From NCBI GenBank assembly GCA_951406725.2, contig OX597830.1:4526001-4590000 (forward strand): a stretch of 64,000 nt of DNA. Reading direction: 5' to 3'. This document shows, in pieces, positions 14,085 through 27,435 of this stretch; position 1 is the first letter of the stretch; the number at the start of each line of letters is the position of its first letter. A program made the position numbers and the translations under genes. Origin of the DNA: Octopus vulgaris. Its lineage: Eukaryota. Under the pieces are notes generated by a model. That model ran no database searches and was not told where the DNA came from. It worked only from the letters and a program-made list of their open reading frames with translations.

Positions 14085-14762
14085 TTAAACGTACAGCATT
14101 GAGTTCACATCTACCCTCATTCTACCTTATTATATAAGACACACCCACTCACATCATCCCTCTTACTGCTGCAATCATTTACTCTTGGCTTCCTAAGCAA
14201 TGCATTCATTACCTTAAGTTATTTGCATTTTCTTTCAATTCCACTCATCCCTTTTCTGAATATTTTCTGCAGTTCTTCAAATAAGAAGCTACTCTGTAGT
14301 CTATATGTTTCCTCCAGACACCTAAATATACTATTTCAATCTACAAATACATAATTCTGTAGAAGAGAGGGGTTTTCTACCCCAGTTCTGCTTGGTTTCA
14401 AATTTTGAAACTCCTACATCTCGGAAAAGACCAGCCATTGTGGACATGTATCATAGTGAACTTCTACACTGATATTTAATTAGATTTAGTCTATTAGTAG
14501 CTTTTACTTGACAATTATATTTCTTCTGATGGCTTTGTTCACAGGCTGTGGAGAGTTTTCACTGAGGTGTAATAGAACCTGGTTTTATTTGGTTTAATCC
14601 TCCATAAACAACCAGCAACTTTACAATTGCGGATTTTAAACAAAACCCTGTCATCTTCCTATTTGTACAAGTAAACTTACTTTAAAGATCTTTTATATAT
14701 TCACAAATATACAGGTCATATATGTGTGTGTGCGTATGTATGTATGCATATATGTATACATA

Positions 14763-14918
14763 TCATCATCATCATCATCATCATTGTTTAACGTCCACTT
14801 TCCATGCTAGCATGGGTTGGACAATCTAACTGAGGTCTGGCAAACCAGATGGCTGCACCAGATTCCAATCTGATCTGGCAGAGTTTCTACAGCTGGATGC
14901 CCTTCCTAACGCCAACCA
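14763..14918 (-). mobile_element. RTE-tail-type repeat (family C), truncated
   Basis: (cat)n gtttaacgtccactttccatgctagcatgggttggac...tttctacagctggatgcccttcctaacgccaacc. Confidence 0.85.
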
Positions 14919-14930
14919 TGTATATGTATC

Positions 14931-14986
<56 letters not shown>

Positions 14987-15517
14987 TACACACACACACA
15001 CATATATGATCTGTATGTGTGTATATATATGTATATATCTATATATATATATACACATACACACATATATGACCTGTATGTGTGTATATATATATATGTA
15101 TGTATGTATATATACACACACACATATACATACACACACATATATGACCTGTATGTGTATGTGTGTATGTATGTATATGTATCTATATATATATAAATAA
15201 TACACATTGTGTACAGGACATTACCAATAAGTGAAAAATACATAGACACACAAGAGATAAAGGAGTTAGGACAAAATAGCAAAAGGAGAAAACTCTTTAT
15301 CAGTTGTCGACCGTTTTACTACTCCCTATTTCATACTTTCAATGGACAAGCTGAAGAAACTTCATAAGACAGTCGCATCCAGAAAACTTGAAAATATAAA
15401 ATTTGTGGAAAGTCAGGACTTCAAACAAACAAATAACAACAGAGTGGACGTACCAGAGTATATATATATATATATATATCTGTAAAAGTAATATGTGACA
15501 ATTATTCGGTAGCCAAG

Positions 15518-15576
15518 ATAAAACTCTGAGTTTCGGATGCTGAGGTGGAAATCCACGCCACCATCTCTTCAGTTAT
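15518..15576 (-). ncRNA. Mirror-copy hammerhead on the opposite strand
   Basis: The left arm of the palindrome reads ATAA-CTGAAGA-...-GAAAC-TCAGA-GTT-TTAT on the minus strand (4-bp stem I). Confidence 0.55.
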
Positions 15577-15580
15577 AACT

Positions 15581-15643
15581 GGATAACTGAAGAGATGGTG
15601 GCGTGGATTTCCACCTCAGCAACCGAAACTCAGAGTTTTATCT
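15581..15643 (+). ncRNA. Type I hammerhead ribozyme
   Basis: GGATAA-CTGAAGA-[stem II with GTGGA/TCCAC core]-GAAAC-TCAGA-GTT-TTATCT. Stem I is GATAA/TTATC, stem III lies in the palindrome AACTC-A-GAGTT, and the GUU cleavage triplet is at 15635-15637. Confidence 0.7.
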
Positions 15644-17571
15644 TGGCTACCGAATAATTGTCACATATTACTTTTACAGATAAATTCCTCTATTTACATA
15701 GTATCGAGGTCTCTTTCTTTCTTTTGTTATCTTACCGTTTTTATCAATATATATACACACAAGTACACATACAGGTCATATATGTGTGTGTATGCATATA
15801 TATATATATCCAAGATAATGCAAGGTCAATTTCTGGGTGTTTTTAATAATTATTTCTCTTGCAATAATGTAGTTCCTTAAAAGACATTCACCATTTTCTT
15901 CATGCAGCAGCCACTATTTCTTTTGAGGTGAATTATTTCTCTGCTTGCAACTAAACAACATCATTGGTACCTCATATAGAAGTATATATAAAGTAACTCA
16001 TATAGAATAGAGACCAGCTATATTTGTAGACAGAATGTGTATTTATGCAAGGAGCGGAGTTGAAAAACAGTTATGGAGCTTCAATATTAGGTGACTCCAT
16101 CCAACTGTGTGTATTACGATCGTCTTGAGTGTAGGTGACCAGAGAGGCAGATGAGTACCTGAGTTGGTTATATCAAATACAAGTACCAGAGCTAACTCTT
16201 TCATATATGAGTGCCAGAGTTTATCTATCAAATAATTATCAACACACAAAAAAAAAATCTTTTAACACATTAAATAATCCTCAATTACAAATCTTTCACC
16301 AGAGTGAAACTATTTTGTTCTGTTCCTCGTTAAATATATTATATTTAATTACTTTAATTACTTTTCTCTTTAAATACCTTTATGATTATTATTATCGTCA
16401 TTATTATAATTATCATGTGGCAACATGTAGATATTCTTTTGTCTCCAGGCACTTTGACTATTATTAAACTAAATATTTCATTTATTAAACAATTGTCACG
16501 TGCTGTCTTGACTGGTGTCGACGAAATATTTAGCAATCCAGAAATAAAAATTACACAAAAAAAAAAAGAAAGAAAAATATTTGAAAAATCCTGTTTTGAA
16601 GTTTCCCAGAATGCAATTTATTTATTTGATATCATTAAAATTTGTTTCAGTTTTCGTAACTAATAATTAGAGTAGAGTGCATCTCTCTCTTTCTCTGTCC
16701 CTCTCTCTCTGTCTCTCTCTCTCTCTCTCACTCTCTCATCTACATAATATATCACTCTATTTCTCCATGTGCAGCTGGAGAAACCTCTGCCTGCTAAATA
16801 TATTAATTTCATAATTGGTGAAGAAAAATGTGATAATAATGAGCCTATTGTATACAGTGCTCAGGGGCCTTACAATTTGTCAGAAAAAGATGAATGAAAA
16901 AAATAGGGACTGAAAGCTGCAGTAAGTGAAGTAGTGGAAGGCACCAACAATACCCAAAAATATAAAAATATAGAAAATCAGGATGAAACACAAGAAAAGA
17001 GAAAAGTGAAAGGCAAAAGAATAAGGAGGAAGTAGCGTCGGGGGTTTGGGGAAGCATGGAATTCTTGAAGAAAATACTGTTCTAACTGCTAACAACTTAT
17101 TTGAGTATTCCATTCCATGTTGCTGTTGGAAAGATGGTAAATGATCTTGTGGGTTTCTATCAAGTCAGCTGCCAGTCACGGAAACTTCAGTGTGTCAATG
17201 CCAAGAGAAGGAAGATATTCAACATATGGTAAGCGACTGATGGAAGATATTTATCTACTTGCATGTCTCTAGACAGATTCTAGTTTCCAATAGATAGTTT
17301 GGACAAGATGGGGGTTCCACACCAGAGAAACAAACTCTGAATATGAATGTGCCATAACCAAACATAAATGTAAATAATAACTGGTGAGTGACTGACAAAT
17401 GTCTGACTGAGTGATGCTGAAATACTTTCACCCTATTTTGACATTTTGGAAATGTGGTCCATTCAGTGTTGATCACTGTTGAAAATAATACCTAGACCAC
17501 ATTCACCTGTAGAATTCTTAAAGTTGGTGTTGTGGAAGAAACTGATAAATTCTGCCTGAATTGTATAGTGC

Positions 17572-17781
17572 GCCTGACTGGCCCCTGTGCTGGTGGCACG
17601 TAAAAAGCACCCACTACACTTTCGGAGTGGTTGGCGTTAGGAAGGGTATCCAGCTGTAGAAACTCTGCCAGATCAGGATTGGAGCCTGGTGCAGCCTTCT
17701 GGTTCGCTAGCCCTCAGTCAAAATCGTCCAACCCATGCTAGCATGGAAAGCGGACGTTAAACGATGATGATGATGATGATG
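17572..17781 (+). mobile_element. RTE-tail-type repeat (family C), well preserved, ends in (GAT)n
   Basis: gtggttggcgttaggaagggtatccagctgtagaaac...cgtccaacccatgctagcatggaaagcggacgttaaacgatgatg. The same tail abuts the RTE ORF relic at 38982-39575. Confidence 0.85.
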
Positions 17782-18772
17782 TTTACAGCCAGCTTGGGTT
17801 TCCAATCAGTAATGCATTGCTGTGTTGAGTCTAGCTCAGATTGTAGGAAACATCCATAACATAGGGGAGCAGTCCTTTTTATCTTAAACTGTAGTTTAGC
17901 ATCAACTGTCTTGTACCTTTTACCTGTTTCAGTCATTAGACTGTGGCCATGCTGGGGCACTGCCTTGAATATTTAAAAACAATAACATACTTCCGAGTTG
18001 GCACCTATTTTCCAATATATGCAACAAACTCAATCAACTCATGTCATTAAGTAAGTAAACTCCTCTTCAAAAGCAAAACCAGTTAACCACTGCAGTTTTA
18101 TGCCAGTAACACACAGAGACTCTTGGTGACTAATAATGCAGAGCTTTAGTCACAAGGCAACAGTTTTTGAGGCAATGGCGAGAGTGAAAGCAAAGAATGA
18201 GGAATAAATGAAGAAACGAGTCATCCAAGATATCTACCAGAGATATTTGTATATTGATTCAACTAAACATGTTGACTAATATTGTTTCCATTTAGATTCT
18301 TTTCTAAATAGGTTCACATTCATCATGTAATTGTTTATAATGATTTTTATCAAAGAAAACAAGTTGTAAATAGAAACCAACTATTTTTAATTTTCCTCTT
18401 TTATTTTTAATATATTTGGCTTGTTTATTTTAATTATTAAATCTATAATTAGCTTTATTCTTTGACACCCCTCATAGTTAAGTCTGTTTGACTGTTATAT
18501 ACAGACGAGTAATTGTTTTACTAATACGGATGTAGAAAGTCCTATCTTCCTAGAATAAACAGTATTTAGATGTTGGCTGACGTGTCATGTTGGGGGGAAA
18601 AGTATATTTGAACTGTTGAATAAACCACCTGCTCACTCATTAACAATAACAAATGAGTTCTAAAGCCTTCTCTCTTTCCTTCTCTCTTTCTCTCTCTCTC
18701 TCTCTCTCTGATATGTACATATGCATACATAAATTCATGCATGTATATACGTGTGTGTGCTTATACATATGT

Positions 18773-18834
<62 letters not shown>

Positions 18835-18839
18835 ATATG

Positions 18840-18879
<40 letters not shown>

Positions 18880-18939
18880 GTGTGTTTGTCTGTATATGTA
18901 TGTTTGTGTGTACATATGTTCTCTTCTGTTTTCAACTAT

Positions 18940-19365
18940 TTAAATTCTTCCTCTGTGAGGAAGAAGCTGGTTTCTAACAAAGATATAAAGCTCCGTCATT
19001 GGAATGGAGATAACGGAAACAATGTCACATTTTAAACTTGAGAAAAGACTTGCATACTTTTACTGTTCCATTTACAATTTGTAATGTGCAAGTTACGTGG
19101 TTGATTTCCTTTTCTGAAAATCCAAACTTATCCAGATTAACAGTTAGGCATTTACTTACAAAACCAAGGGTCACCAGTTATTGTTGGTATAAATGAGAAT
19201 TTATAATCTGGATATAGAAGCTGGAGGTTTCAAAGCATTTGCCCATGGTTATTTTCTTTCTCTTTGATTTTCAAAGAGATATTCACATCAACATGACAGC
19301 TGACCTCAATAACACTCCATACTTTTTCTTGTCTGTCCCAAACGACAATATCCAGCCCTTTATTT
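18940..19365 (-). mobile_element. 3' end of R4/Dong-like (restriction-like endonuclease) non-LTR retrotransposon, disrupted
   Basis: Minus strand encodes LDIVVWDRQEKVWSVIEVSCHVDVNISLKIKEKENNHGQML*NLQLLYPDYKFSFIP, then after a frameshift LGFVSKCL...VCKSFLKFKM*, a PD-(D/E)xK RLE-type C-terminus. A 3'UTR hairpin ttcttcctc-tgt-gaggaagaa follows. Confidence 0.8.
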
Positions 19366-19520
19366 TTTATGTAAGTATGAATAAAGATATATCTCAACAC
19401 TTCTGTACATTCTAATGTATCTGTAATCATTCATAATGACTAATTATTAAAGTCAGAGTATCCATCATTTAACATCCATTCCCCATATATATATCATATA
19501 TACATACATATATATATATA

Positions 19521-19652
19521 AGATTAATCAGCCGAAATTGCTAGGATGATCCGGTTCTAACTGAAGATTGAAGGCTTCGAATGTCCCGTCCGTGTTTTTT
19601 GTATCGTCTTCTAAATGTTTTACGTTCTTGTCCCAGTTTGTATTTTTCTACA
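19521..19652. mobile_element. Short CpG-retaining insertion between (TA)n tracts, possible PLE-type end fragment
   Basis: About 130 bp of unique sequence with many CpGs, flanked by TA repeats; no inverted arm and no complete hammerhead. Confidence 0.4.
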
Positions 19653-21896
19653 TATAATATATATATATATATATGGATAATAATTATGAGTCACATAACA
19701 CATAATTACATTGCCTTAATTTTTCAGATTAAGAAGTATTATTATATGTTGTAATAAATATAATAGGGACCTACCTTGATATATCTGGGTATAATAATCT
19801 GTCTGTGTGTATGCGTGTGTGTATATGTATTCATGTATATATATACACACACCCATGCACACCACATACATACAAAGTTATGCACATATATATACACAGT
19901 ATGTATGTGAGGTGGGAAAATGAATGAATGAATTCATATTTTTAAAACTCATTCAAATACATTTTTTGTCCCACAAATTCTTTAAAATCATTCACAGTTA
20001 GATCCGCTCAATTAAAATACATTCAATGCAACTTATATGCCTCCTCCTCCTCCTCCTCATTATTTACTGTCCCTGGTCCGTGCTGGCATATAATGATATA
20101 TTTGTGCGTGGAGGTGAGGGTCTGATATTCAAAAAGGAATTTACATAAAATTAGGGGATAAAGGTAAAAAATACATTTTTATTTTGTTCTGTTAAAAGCG
20201 TCTTAATGAGTAGAAATGAACCAATGGAGTAGTCTCTGTGTTGTCTTATGATCTGCTAGAAATTGTTGCTAAACATCCTGCAAACTATATCTAACAGTTT
20301 TAAAATGGATGGAGATTTCAGATAATTTAGTTCATGACGGACTGTCTAAATAACAATGAAAATCTCATAGCAGAGACATCATTGGTCATAGAGGCAGAGG
20401 TTCAACTCAAGACTGAGTCTAAACAACAACACTGGTAAAAATATCTGATCCAGTTTCAACACAGACCACCACAGGGAAGTGAATGACAATCTTTTGTTGT
20501 TAGATTTATTAATATTTTCATTGGAGAGGAGGTGTGTAACTTCTGTAAAGCCTTCAGGTGAGTTAACAAGTTAACCTGTTGGGAGTGATTGTAAGGAAAA
20601 CTATTTAAGCAATACTTATTTTGTAAACCCCAAATGGACAAACCGTAAAGTAGATCTCACCAGTATTTGAACTCACAAAGTAAAGGTACACATGTAACAA
20701 CTACGAAGCATTATATCCATTATTTATTCAATCAATCTACTGCCAAATATAATGGCAAGGATTTTTAAATTAGCATTGTGTGTGTGTCTACATACATACA
20801 CATATATATATGTATGTATATGTGTGTGTCTATACATATATACACACAAATACATACACATGTATATATACACACATACATACACACACATTCAAGTAGA
20901 TACCTTTCAAAGCCAGTCATTGTTTAGAGTGCTCTAAATTTACATCGATGAAGAATTTCAAGACTCTACTGTAATTCCTTTACTCTAAGGAAACCTCTCT
21001 CGTGTTCTTTGAAATTAATGGCAGTTTGTTTAATAATGTAGTTATTCTCTGTCGGTGTATAAAATAGATTCCGATATGATTTCTGTATTAAATATGCATT
21101 GATTTGACCTGTTTGTTAATTGCTTTTGATATCAACTGGTAAGACAGAATGAAGAAATGTAAAAAGCACTTAGGAGAACTCTGTTCCTTTCGACCAAGAG
21201 ATATTCTCAGAATGAAATGACACTGTAGCTAACTCATAAATACTTGATTCAAAAGTAAGGAGAGCTCAACAATGGACAGCTGACAACTCATAGATTCTCA
21301 ATCAATTGGAGTTCTTTTAAAATATCAGCCTTTTATTGTTGGTGGCCATAGACATCTATTGCCATCATTATAGAACTCAGGAACTATTTCACCAAAAATG
21401 TACTTTTACAGGGTAGAATAAATAGTCAAATATTTTTTTTAAATACTTTTTTCCCTCCCAATTTCTTTTTATTGTTTAAATATTTCTACACGAATATTTA
21501 AACCTGGAAAATATCTTCTAATTCTCTGCAATGCTCAGAAATATAAATAACAAGAACAAAAATTACCTTAGGGTAGAGCGAAACAATATATTCTTTTATT
21601 CATGATGTTTCTTCCCAACATTGGACTATTTAATATATTTATTTATTTGCTTTTGTTTCATAGTTTAATTATTATTATTAACGCCTCACTGAATTGTTGT
21701 CAGGAAAATTAACTGAACGGTAAAATGAATCATGCTTCAGCAATTTCGCTTTCATTTAAAAAAGAAAAAAATACCAGTCCTGCTATTCCGTAAATTTCGA
21801 AAATGAAATGTTAAACGAAATCAGAAGCAGAAGCAGATACATAAATTCGTTTCCAAAACATCCATGCATTGAAAATGAAATCTTACATTTCAATAT

Positions 21897-21970
<74 letters not shown>

Positions 21971-22020
21971 GTATTTGTATATGTATTTGTATATGTATGA
22001 TGTACATAGCTATTTCTTAC

Positions 22021-22108
22021 CTTTGTTGTTCCAGATGAGAGTAAGTGAATTGCAAAGAAGATTCCTACCTATTGAATCTACTGTTTCATTTACTTGAACC
22101 ATGTTAAC
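22021..22108 (-). other. Candidate exon (88 nt)
   Basis: Acceptor ttgctattatttctttcag and donor AAG|GTAAGA. One frame is open (VNMVQVNETVDSIGRNLLCNSLTLIWNNK) but has no recognisable homology. Confidence 0.3.
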
Positions 22109-22275
22109 CTGAAAGAAATAATAGCAAACACAATAAAGAATGTTTTAAAGTCGGTTGAGAGGAAGACATCAATTCATTGAATTTAGATCAGCATTTATAA
22201 TTCATAGCCATCTTTAAAAAACAAAATCCACAAAATATTTGCTATTACATACCTGTGTGTGTGTGTGTGTGTGTA

Positions 22276-22307
<32 letters not shown>

Positions 22308-22626
22308 TGTGTGTGTGTGTGTGTATGTGTGTGTGTGTGTGTGTGTAAAGTAGATGTGAGATCTAAAACGTTTCTTAGGATTTACCGATTTCATCCAAGG
22401 AGTCTATCAGATAATGAGCCAGTGTGTGTGTGTGTATTTACAACTATTACTACCCACACACACACAGATAGATACATAGATATGAATATGAGTGTATATT
22501 TATATAATATATGCAAATATAGATATGTCTATACATATAAATAAGCATGTATATTTATAATATATACACATAGAAATACATATATAGATATGTAAGTATA
22601 TCCGATTTTGTGTGCATGTGCACATG

Positions 22627-22658
<32 letters not shown>

Positions 22659-22948
22659 GATGCATGTGTGCACATATATTTGACCAAACAGAACTCTATA
22701 CATGAGTATATATACATATACATATATACATATTTTTTAAACCAGTAAATGTGACCCAAGGGCCAAGAGTTCCATGCCATAATTTGCATGGAGCTTACAA
22801 AGGTGCCGCATTTGAGTCACTTTAGTAACTTTGGCTGATTAAAAATTATGTATGTATTACATATGTAAGTATAAGTGCATGTGTGTGTATGTAATATCTA
22901 TAATATATATATATATATGATATATATATATATTATATATATATATAT

Positions 22949-22993
<45 letters not shown>

Positions 22994-23694
22994 ATCAATG
23001 TATTTACATATATGTGTATAGATGTATCTATACACATATACATGTGTGTGTGTATTGTCAATGTGTTTATTCTGTTGAATAGGTTGCACAACAGCTGACA
23101 AAATAACAAAGCTAATGTACAAAAGATTATTGTTTACGTTGATTCTCTGCCAAGTTGATTTACCAGAAATGGAACTGCGAACCTTCTTTTAGCAGAGAGG
23201 AGTGAGGGACTTTTTGATTTTGTCATTATTATGTTTTCCTTTCATGCCAGCAGTTTTGATGGCTTTATTTTGTTTCCGTTTATATTTTCATTAAAAATAT
23301 ACATTTAGACTTATCGGCATTCAGTCTAGAATAATGAAATAAAGCTTTTCTGTGATCTGGCAGGATATTTGGTCTGGAAATAGCAATATCCAAACCATAT
23401 TTACATGTATCTAAAACATCATCTGTGATTTCAGAAATTGCAGATTTCTATTGACATGTACGCATCTCACTGGCACCGGAATCTCTTTCGATATCACGTG
23501 CCACCGGTGATATATATATATTTATGAATGTAAGTCTGTCCAATACACAGAAAGGAAACCCTAGCACATTCACTTGTTTTGTCTAATCAGCCATTACTCA
23601 CCATCATTGCAGAGTTCTAATTATCTATTTATTCAGTTCATACAACTGTTCTATCTTTTATTCATCACACTACAAACATGTGAAAAATGCTCTG

Positions 23695-23761
<67 letters not shown>

Positions 23762-24052
23762 TATATATAATTGAAAAAATTTGGAGTCAACAAGAAACAG
23801 TATCATTGGAGATTTATTTTTTAATCACTACAATTGTTTCCACACAATGTAGTTCTCCAGGCATGCAAGTACTTGGTTATGCAACCGTATCCCTGCATTA
23901 TGTGATCCAGCTGTGTTTCTTTGGGCAATATGTAAATATTATCTCCATAAGTTCAGATTTTCAGCTTCAAGAACAGCCTCTCTGTCTGTCGTGGCCTGAA
24001 TTTAGTAGTAACCACTGAGTTTATCATATATATATATATATATATATATATA

Positions 24053-24428
24053 ATCATTACAGATATAGGTTGAAATATAATCAATTTAATAAAATCAACA
24101 AATTTCACCTAGTAGTATTTCGGTATGGAAAAGGACCATATTCGGTAAAAACTTATATAATTATAATTATAACAATAAGGGTTTTTGCAACAAGTTGCTT
24201 GACCACATACCGAAATTTTAGAAATAGCAGCCAAAGGACTACTATTTCCTTTTTCTACAAAAATATGTCTCCACATGTCTTTTTTGCCATAAATGAGTTA
24301 CAAATATTGTTGCCTGTGGAGACATATTTTTGTAGAAAAAGGAAATAGTAGTCCTTTGGCTGCTATTTCTAAAATTTCGGTATGTGGTCAAGCAACTTGT
24401 TGCAAAAACCCTTATTGTTATAATTATA
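24053..24428. mobile_element. Penelope-like fold-back insertion: tail 24053-24161, 114-bp arms 24162-24275 and 24315-24428
   Basis: Arms are exact reverse complements by eye, with (TA)n on both sides. Shares ccacatac.gaa...tagaaatagcagccaaa and aatttcacc.agtag with the hammerhead-bearing 43182 element. Confidence 0.75.
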
Positions 24429-24450
24429 TATATATATATATATATATATA

Positions 24451-24840
24451 GGTGCAGGAGTGGCTGTGTGGTAAGTAGCTTGCTTACCAACCACATGGTT
24501 CCGAGTTCAGTCCCACTACATGGCACCTTGGGCAAGTGTCTTTACTATAATCTTGGGCCAACCAAAGCCTTGTGAGTGGATTTGGTAGAGGGAAACTGAA
24601 AGAAGCCCGTTGTATATATATATATGTGCGTGTGTTTGTGTGTCTGTGTTTGTCACCCTAACATCGCTTGACAATCAGTGCAGGTGTGTTTATGTCCCTG
24701 TAACTTAGTGGTTTGGCAAAAGCGTCTGATAGAAAAAGTACTAGGCTTACAAAGAATAAGTCCTGGGGTCAGTTTGCTTGACTAAAGGCAGTGCTCCAGC
24801 ATGGTCGCAGTTTAATGACTGAAGTAAAAGAATAAAAGAA
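24451..24840 (+). mobile_element. SINE family A, full length
   Basis: tRNA-like head (A box-like tggctgtgtgg, B box-like gagttcagtccc), internal microsatellite, tail gtgctccagcatggtcgcag...gtaaaagaataaaaga. Confidence 0.92.
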
Positions 24841-24842
24841 TA

Positions 24843-24896
<54 letters not shown>

Positions 24897-25199
24897 GAGA
24901 GAGAGAGAGAGAGATTGATATACATACACACAAACACACACATATATATGAGATAAAGGGACACACATGTACACAGATCATTGCAGTTTATGTCATCACA
25001 AAATCTCAACTACCTGTAACAGAATATGAACACTCATCCCTTGGATGGGAGATAACAGATTATAAACAGACATATTTTTGAGATGTATGTACAAATATTT
25101 GAACGTTTCTCTGTGTGTTTTCTTAGTGTGTTTGTGTGTATCTGTGTGTGTTGGAGGGGGAGCATGTGTATATATGTGTGTGTGTGTGTGTGTGTGTGA

Positions 25200-25400
25200 G
25201 GGCACATGGTCTAGTAGTTAGGGTGTTGCACATATGATTGCAAGATCGTGGATTCGATTCCAGGATCAGGCAGTGCATTGTTTTCTTCAGCAAATCACTT
25301 CATCTCACTCACATTGCTCTGTGGTCACTTTGACCCCTGACATGTGGTATAAGCTTCATCAAAGTTACAGGGTGATACTCAAGCTGGCTACTACCAGTGC
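25200..25400 (+). mobile_element. tRNA-derived SINE head, degenerate (other family)
   Basis: ggcacatggtctagtagttagggtg...gattcgattcc (A and B boxes). Confidence 0.6.
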
Positions 25401-25517
25401 ACAGCACCTTGTAGCAGAAACAGCTACAAGCTAATGAAGTGTTCATGTCATAATTCTTCGTTCCTTTGTCAACCCAATTTCTTATTACTCGACTGATACT
25501 TCGTACTGAAGCACATA

Positions 25518-25565
<48 letters not shown>

Positions 25566-26574
25566 GTGTGTATGTATGTTTGAATGTACATATGCATGTG
25601 TGTAGAGCCATATTAGTGTAAATGCATTAAATAGAAAAATAATATTCAATGTCATAAAAGCTGTTAACTCTGTGTTGACTACTGCTGCTTCTGCCGACTG
25701 TGTCTCCAAATGTGTGTGTGTTCTTATACCAAGCATCTAAACTTTCAGGACCAAATGCTTCTATACTCAACTACCAGGATATTGTTTATCTGTAAAACTT
25801 ACACACGACTAAATCCAAGATCTGTATATATGTTTGTGTAGGTGTGTGTGTGTGTGTGTGCACGTGTGTATTTATGTGTGTTTAGATATATCTTCATATG
25901 ATTTAGCTGTATACATATTAAAAACACAAAATATTGAGTTGTAAATATTTCATCATTTCTCTTTATTCTCACTTAATTCCTATTTCAAACAACAATTGTT
26001 GTTCTCTGACAAGATCCACTATACTAAATCAGTTGCTAGCATATTGTTATTGTTGATGTTGTTGTTGGGTGCTGTTTTATACCCAGTAAACATTGCATTC
26101 ATTCCACAGTTTACTGGGTACTACCAATGAAAAATTATCTGTGGCTTCTTTGTTAGAAGTGAGGACTGACATTCCAAACTGTTAATGAAAGCAATTTGTT
26201 TTCCTCGTCTTTTTTCATGACTTGCTAATCTATAATTTGTAGTTTAATTGGGTATGCATCAACAACAACAACAACAACACCGCTTATTGTTTGCTTCGTT
26301 ATGTGATACATAATTCCTGTCGTCAGCTGTTGTTTGATTACATTGAAGTCATAGTCACTGTTTTGTATTCAGAGTTAAACGAGTGTGTGTGTGTGTATTT
26401 TCTTTTTCCTGCATCAATGTTGAGCTTAAATTGTTATTAATTAAGCTTAACGAGGAAATAGAAATCTCATTCATGATTAAGTGATGTCGGTCGCACACCA
26501 GTGAGGAGTTTTGACTGGGGTTTGTCAAACTTGACTTGTATTATTAAAAACAGGGATTCTGTTTAGTTGCAATG

Positions 26575-26877
26575 GTGTGTTCCAATTGATTCAATCAACA
26601 GAACATCTTACTCATGAAATTAACGTGCAGCTGGTTGAGTACTCCACAGACACACATACCCTTAACATAGTTTTCGCAGAAATTCAGTGTGACATAGAAT
26701 GAGACTAGGCTGGCCCTTGTGAGTTACAAGTACAATTCATTTTTGCCAGCTGAGTGGACTGGAGCAACGTGGAGTAAAGTATCTTGCTCAAGGACCCAAT
26801 GTCTCACTGAGAATTGAACTCAAAACTTTATGATCTTGAGACAAATACTCTAACCACAAAAGGGTCCGTGCCTTCAC
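26575..26877 (-). mobile_element. tRNA-derived SINE (family D)
   Basis: Minus strand has a tRNA-like head (gtggttagagtatttg...gagttcaattc) followed by ccttgagcaagatacttta...ttgctccagtccactcagctggcaaaaatg. Confidence 0.7.
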
Positions 26878-27029
26878 AACTTGTATTAATAGACCTTGTT
26901 AAAACAAAATAATTCTACAAAACAAGAGTCACTAGTCTTTGTGATGCTATTGGCCATTTCCATATAAAACTTAGATCTGCTGTTTCCTTTTTCAGTCATA
27001 TGTGAACAGAAGACATTCATCCTCATTAT

Positions 27030-27435
27030 TTTAACGTCCACTTTTCCATGCTTGAATGGGTCAGAGGGTATTTATTGTGAAAGGCAGAGATTTTCTGTGG
27101 CTGGATACCTGTCCTGTTGCCAACCCTCACTTGTTTCCAAGCAAGGTGCTATTTCTCCATCACTGGACATGTTTTCATGGAAGATTGGAAATGAACCACA
27201 CTGCTTGTATGCTGGTGACTCTCATTTACAATTATCATGCTATGTCAAGACAAGGAGCAACAAACACACACACACACACAACTGACTTCTTTCATCTTCT
27301 GACAACCAAATCTACTCAGAAAGTTTTGGTTAGTCCTGGGCTCAATAGGAGACACTTGCCCAAGGTGCTCTGCAGTGGGACTGAACCTGAAACCACATGA
27401 CTGGGAAACAAACTCCTTAACCATATGACCATGCC
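27030..27435 (-). mobile_element. Family C-type tail joined to a SINE family A head
   Basis: tttaacgtccacttttccatgc at 27030 and gacacttgcccaaggtgc...cagtgggactgaacc at 27350-27390. Confidence 0.65.

Larger units (their letters stand above)
15477..15752. mobile_element. Penelope-like fold-back insertion: 100-bp arms 15477-15576 and 15583-15682, 6-nt spacer, tail 15683-15752
   Basis: Near-perfect palindrome (one mismatch seen, ggatgc vs gcaacc) flanked by (TA)n; the arms contain a hammerhead core. Confidence 0.8.

Noticed and set aside
23465-23513. Imperfect CpG-rich hairpin with a TCACCGG (miR-36-like) start on the minus strand
   Set aside because: The pairing is too short and bulged for a pre-miRNA, and the sequence does not match beyond the seed.
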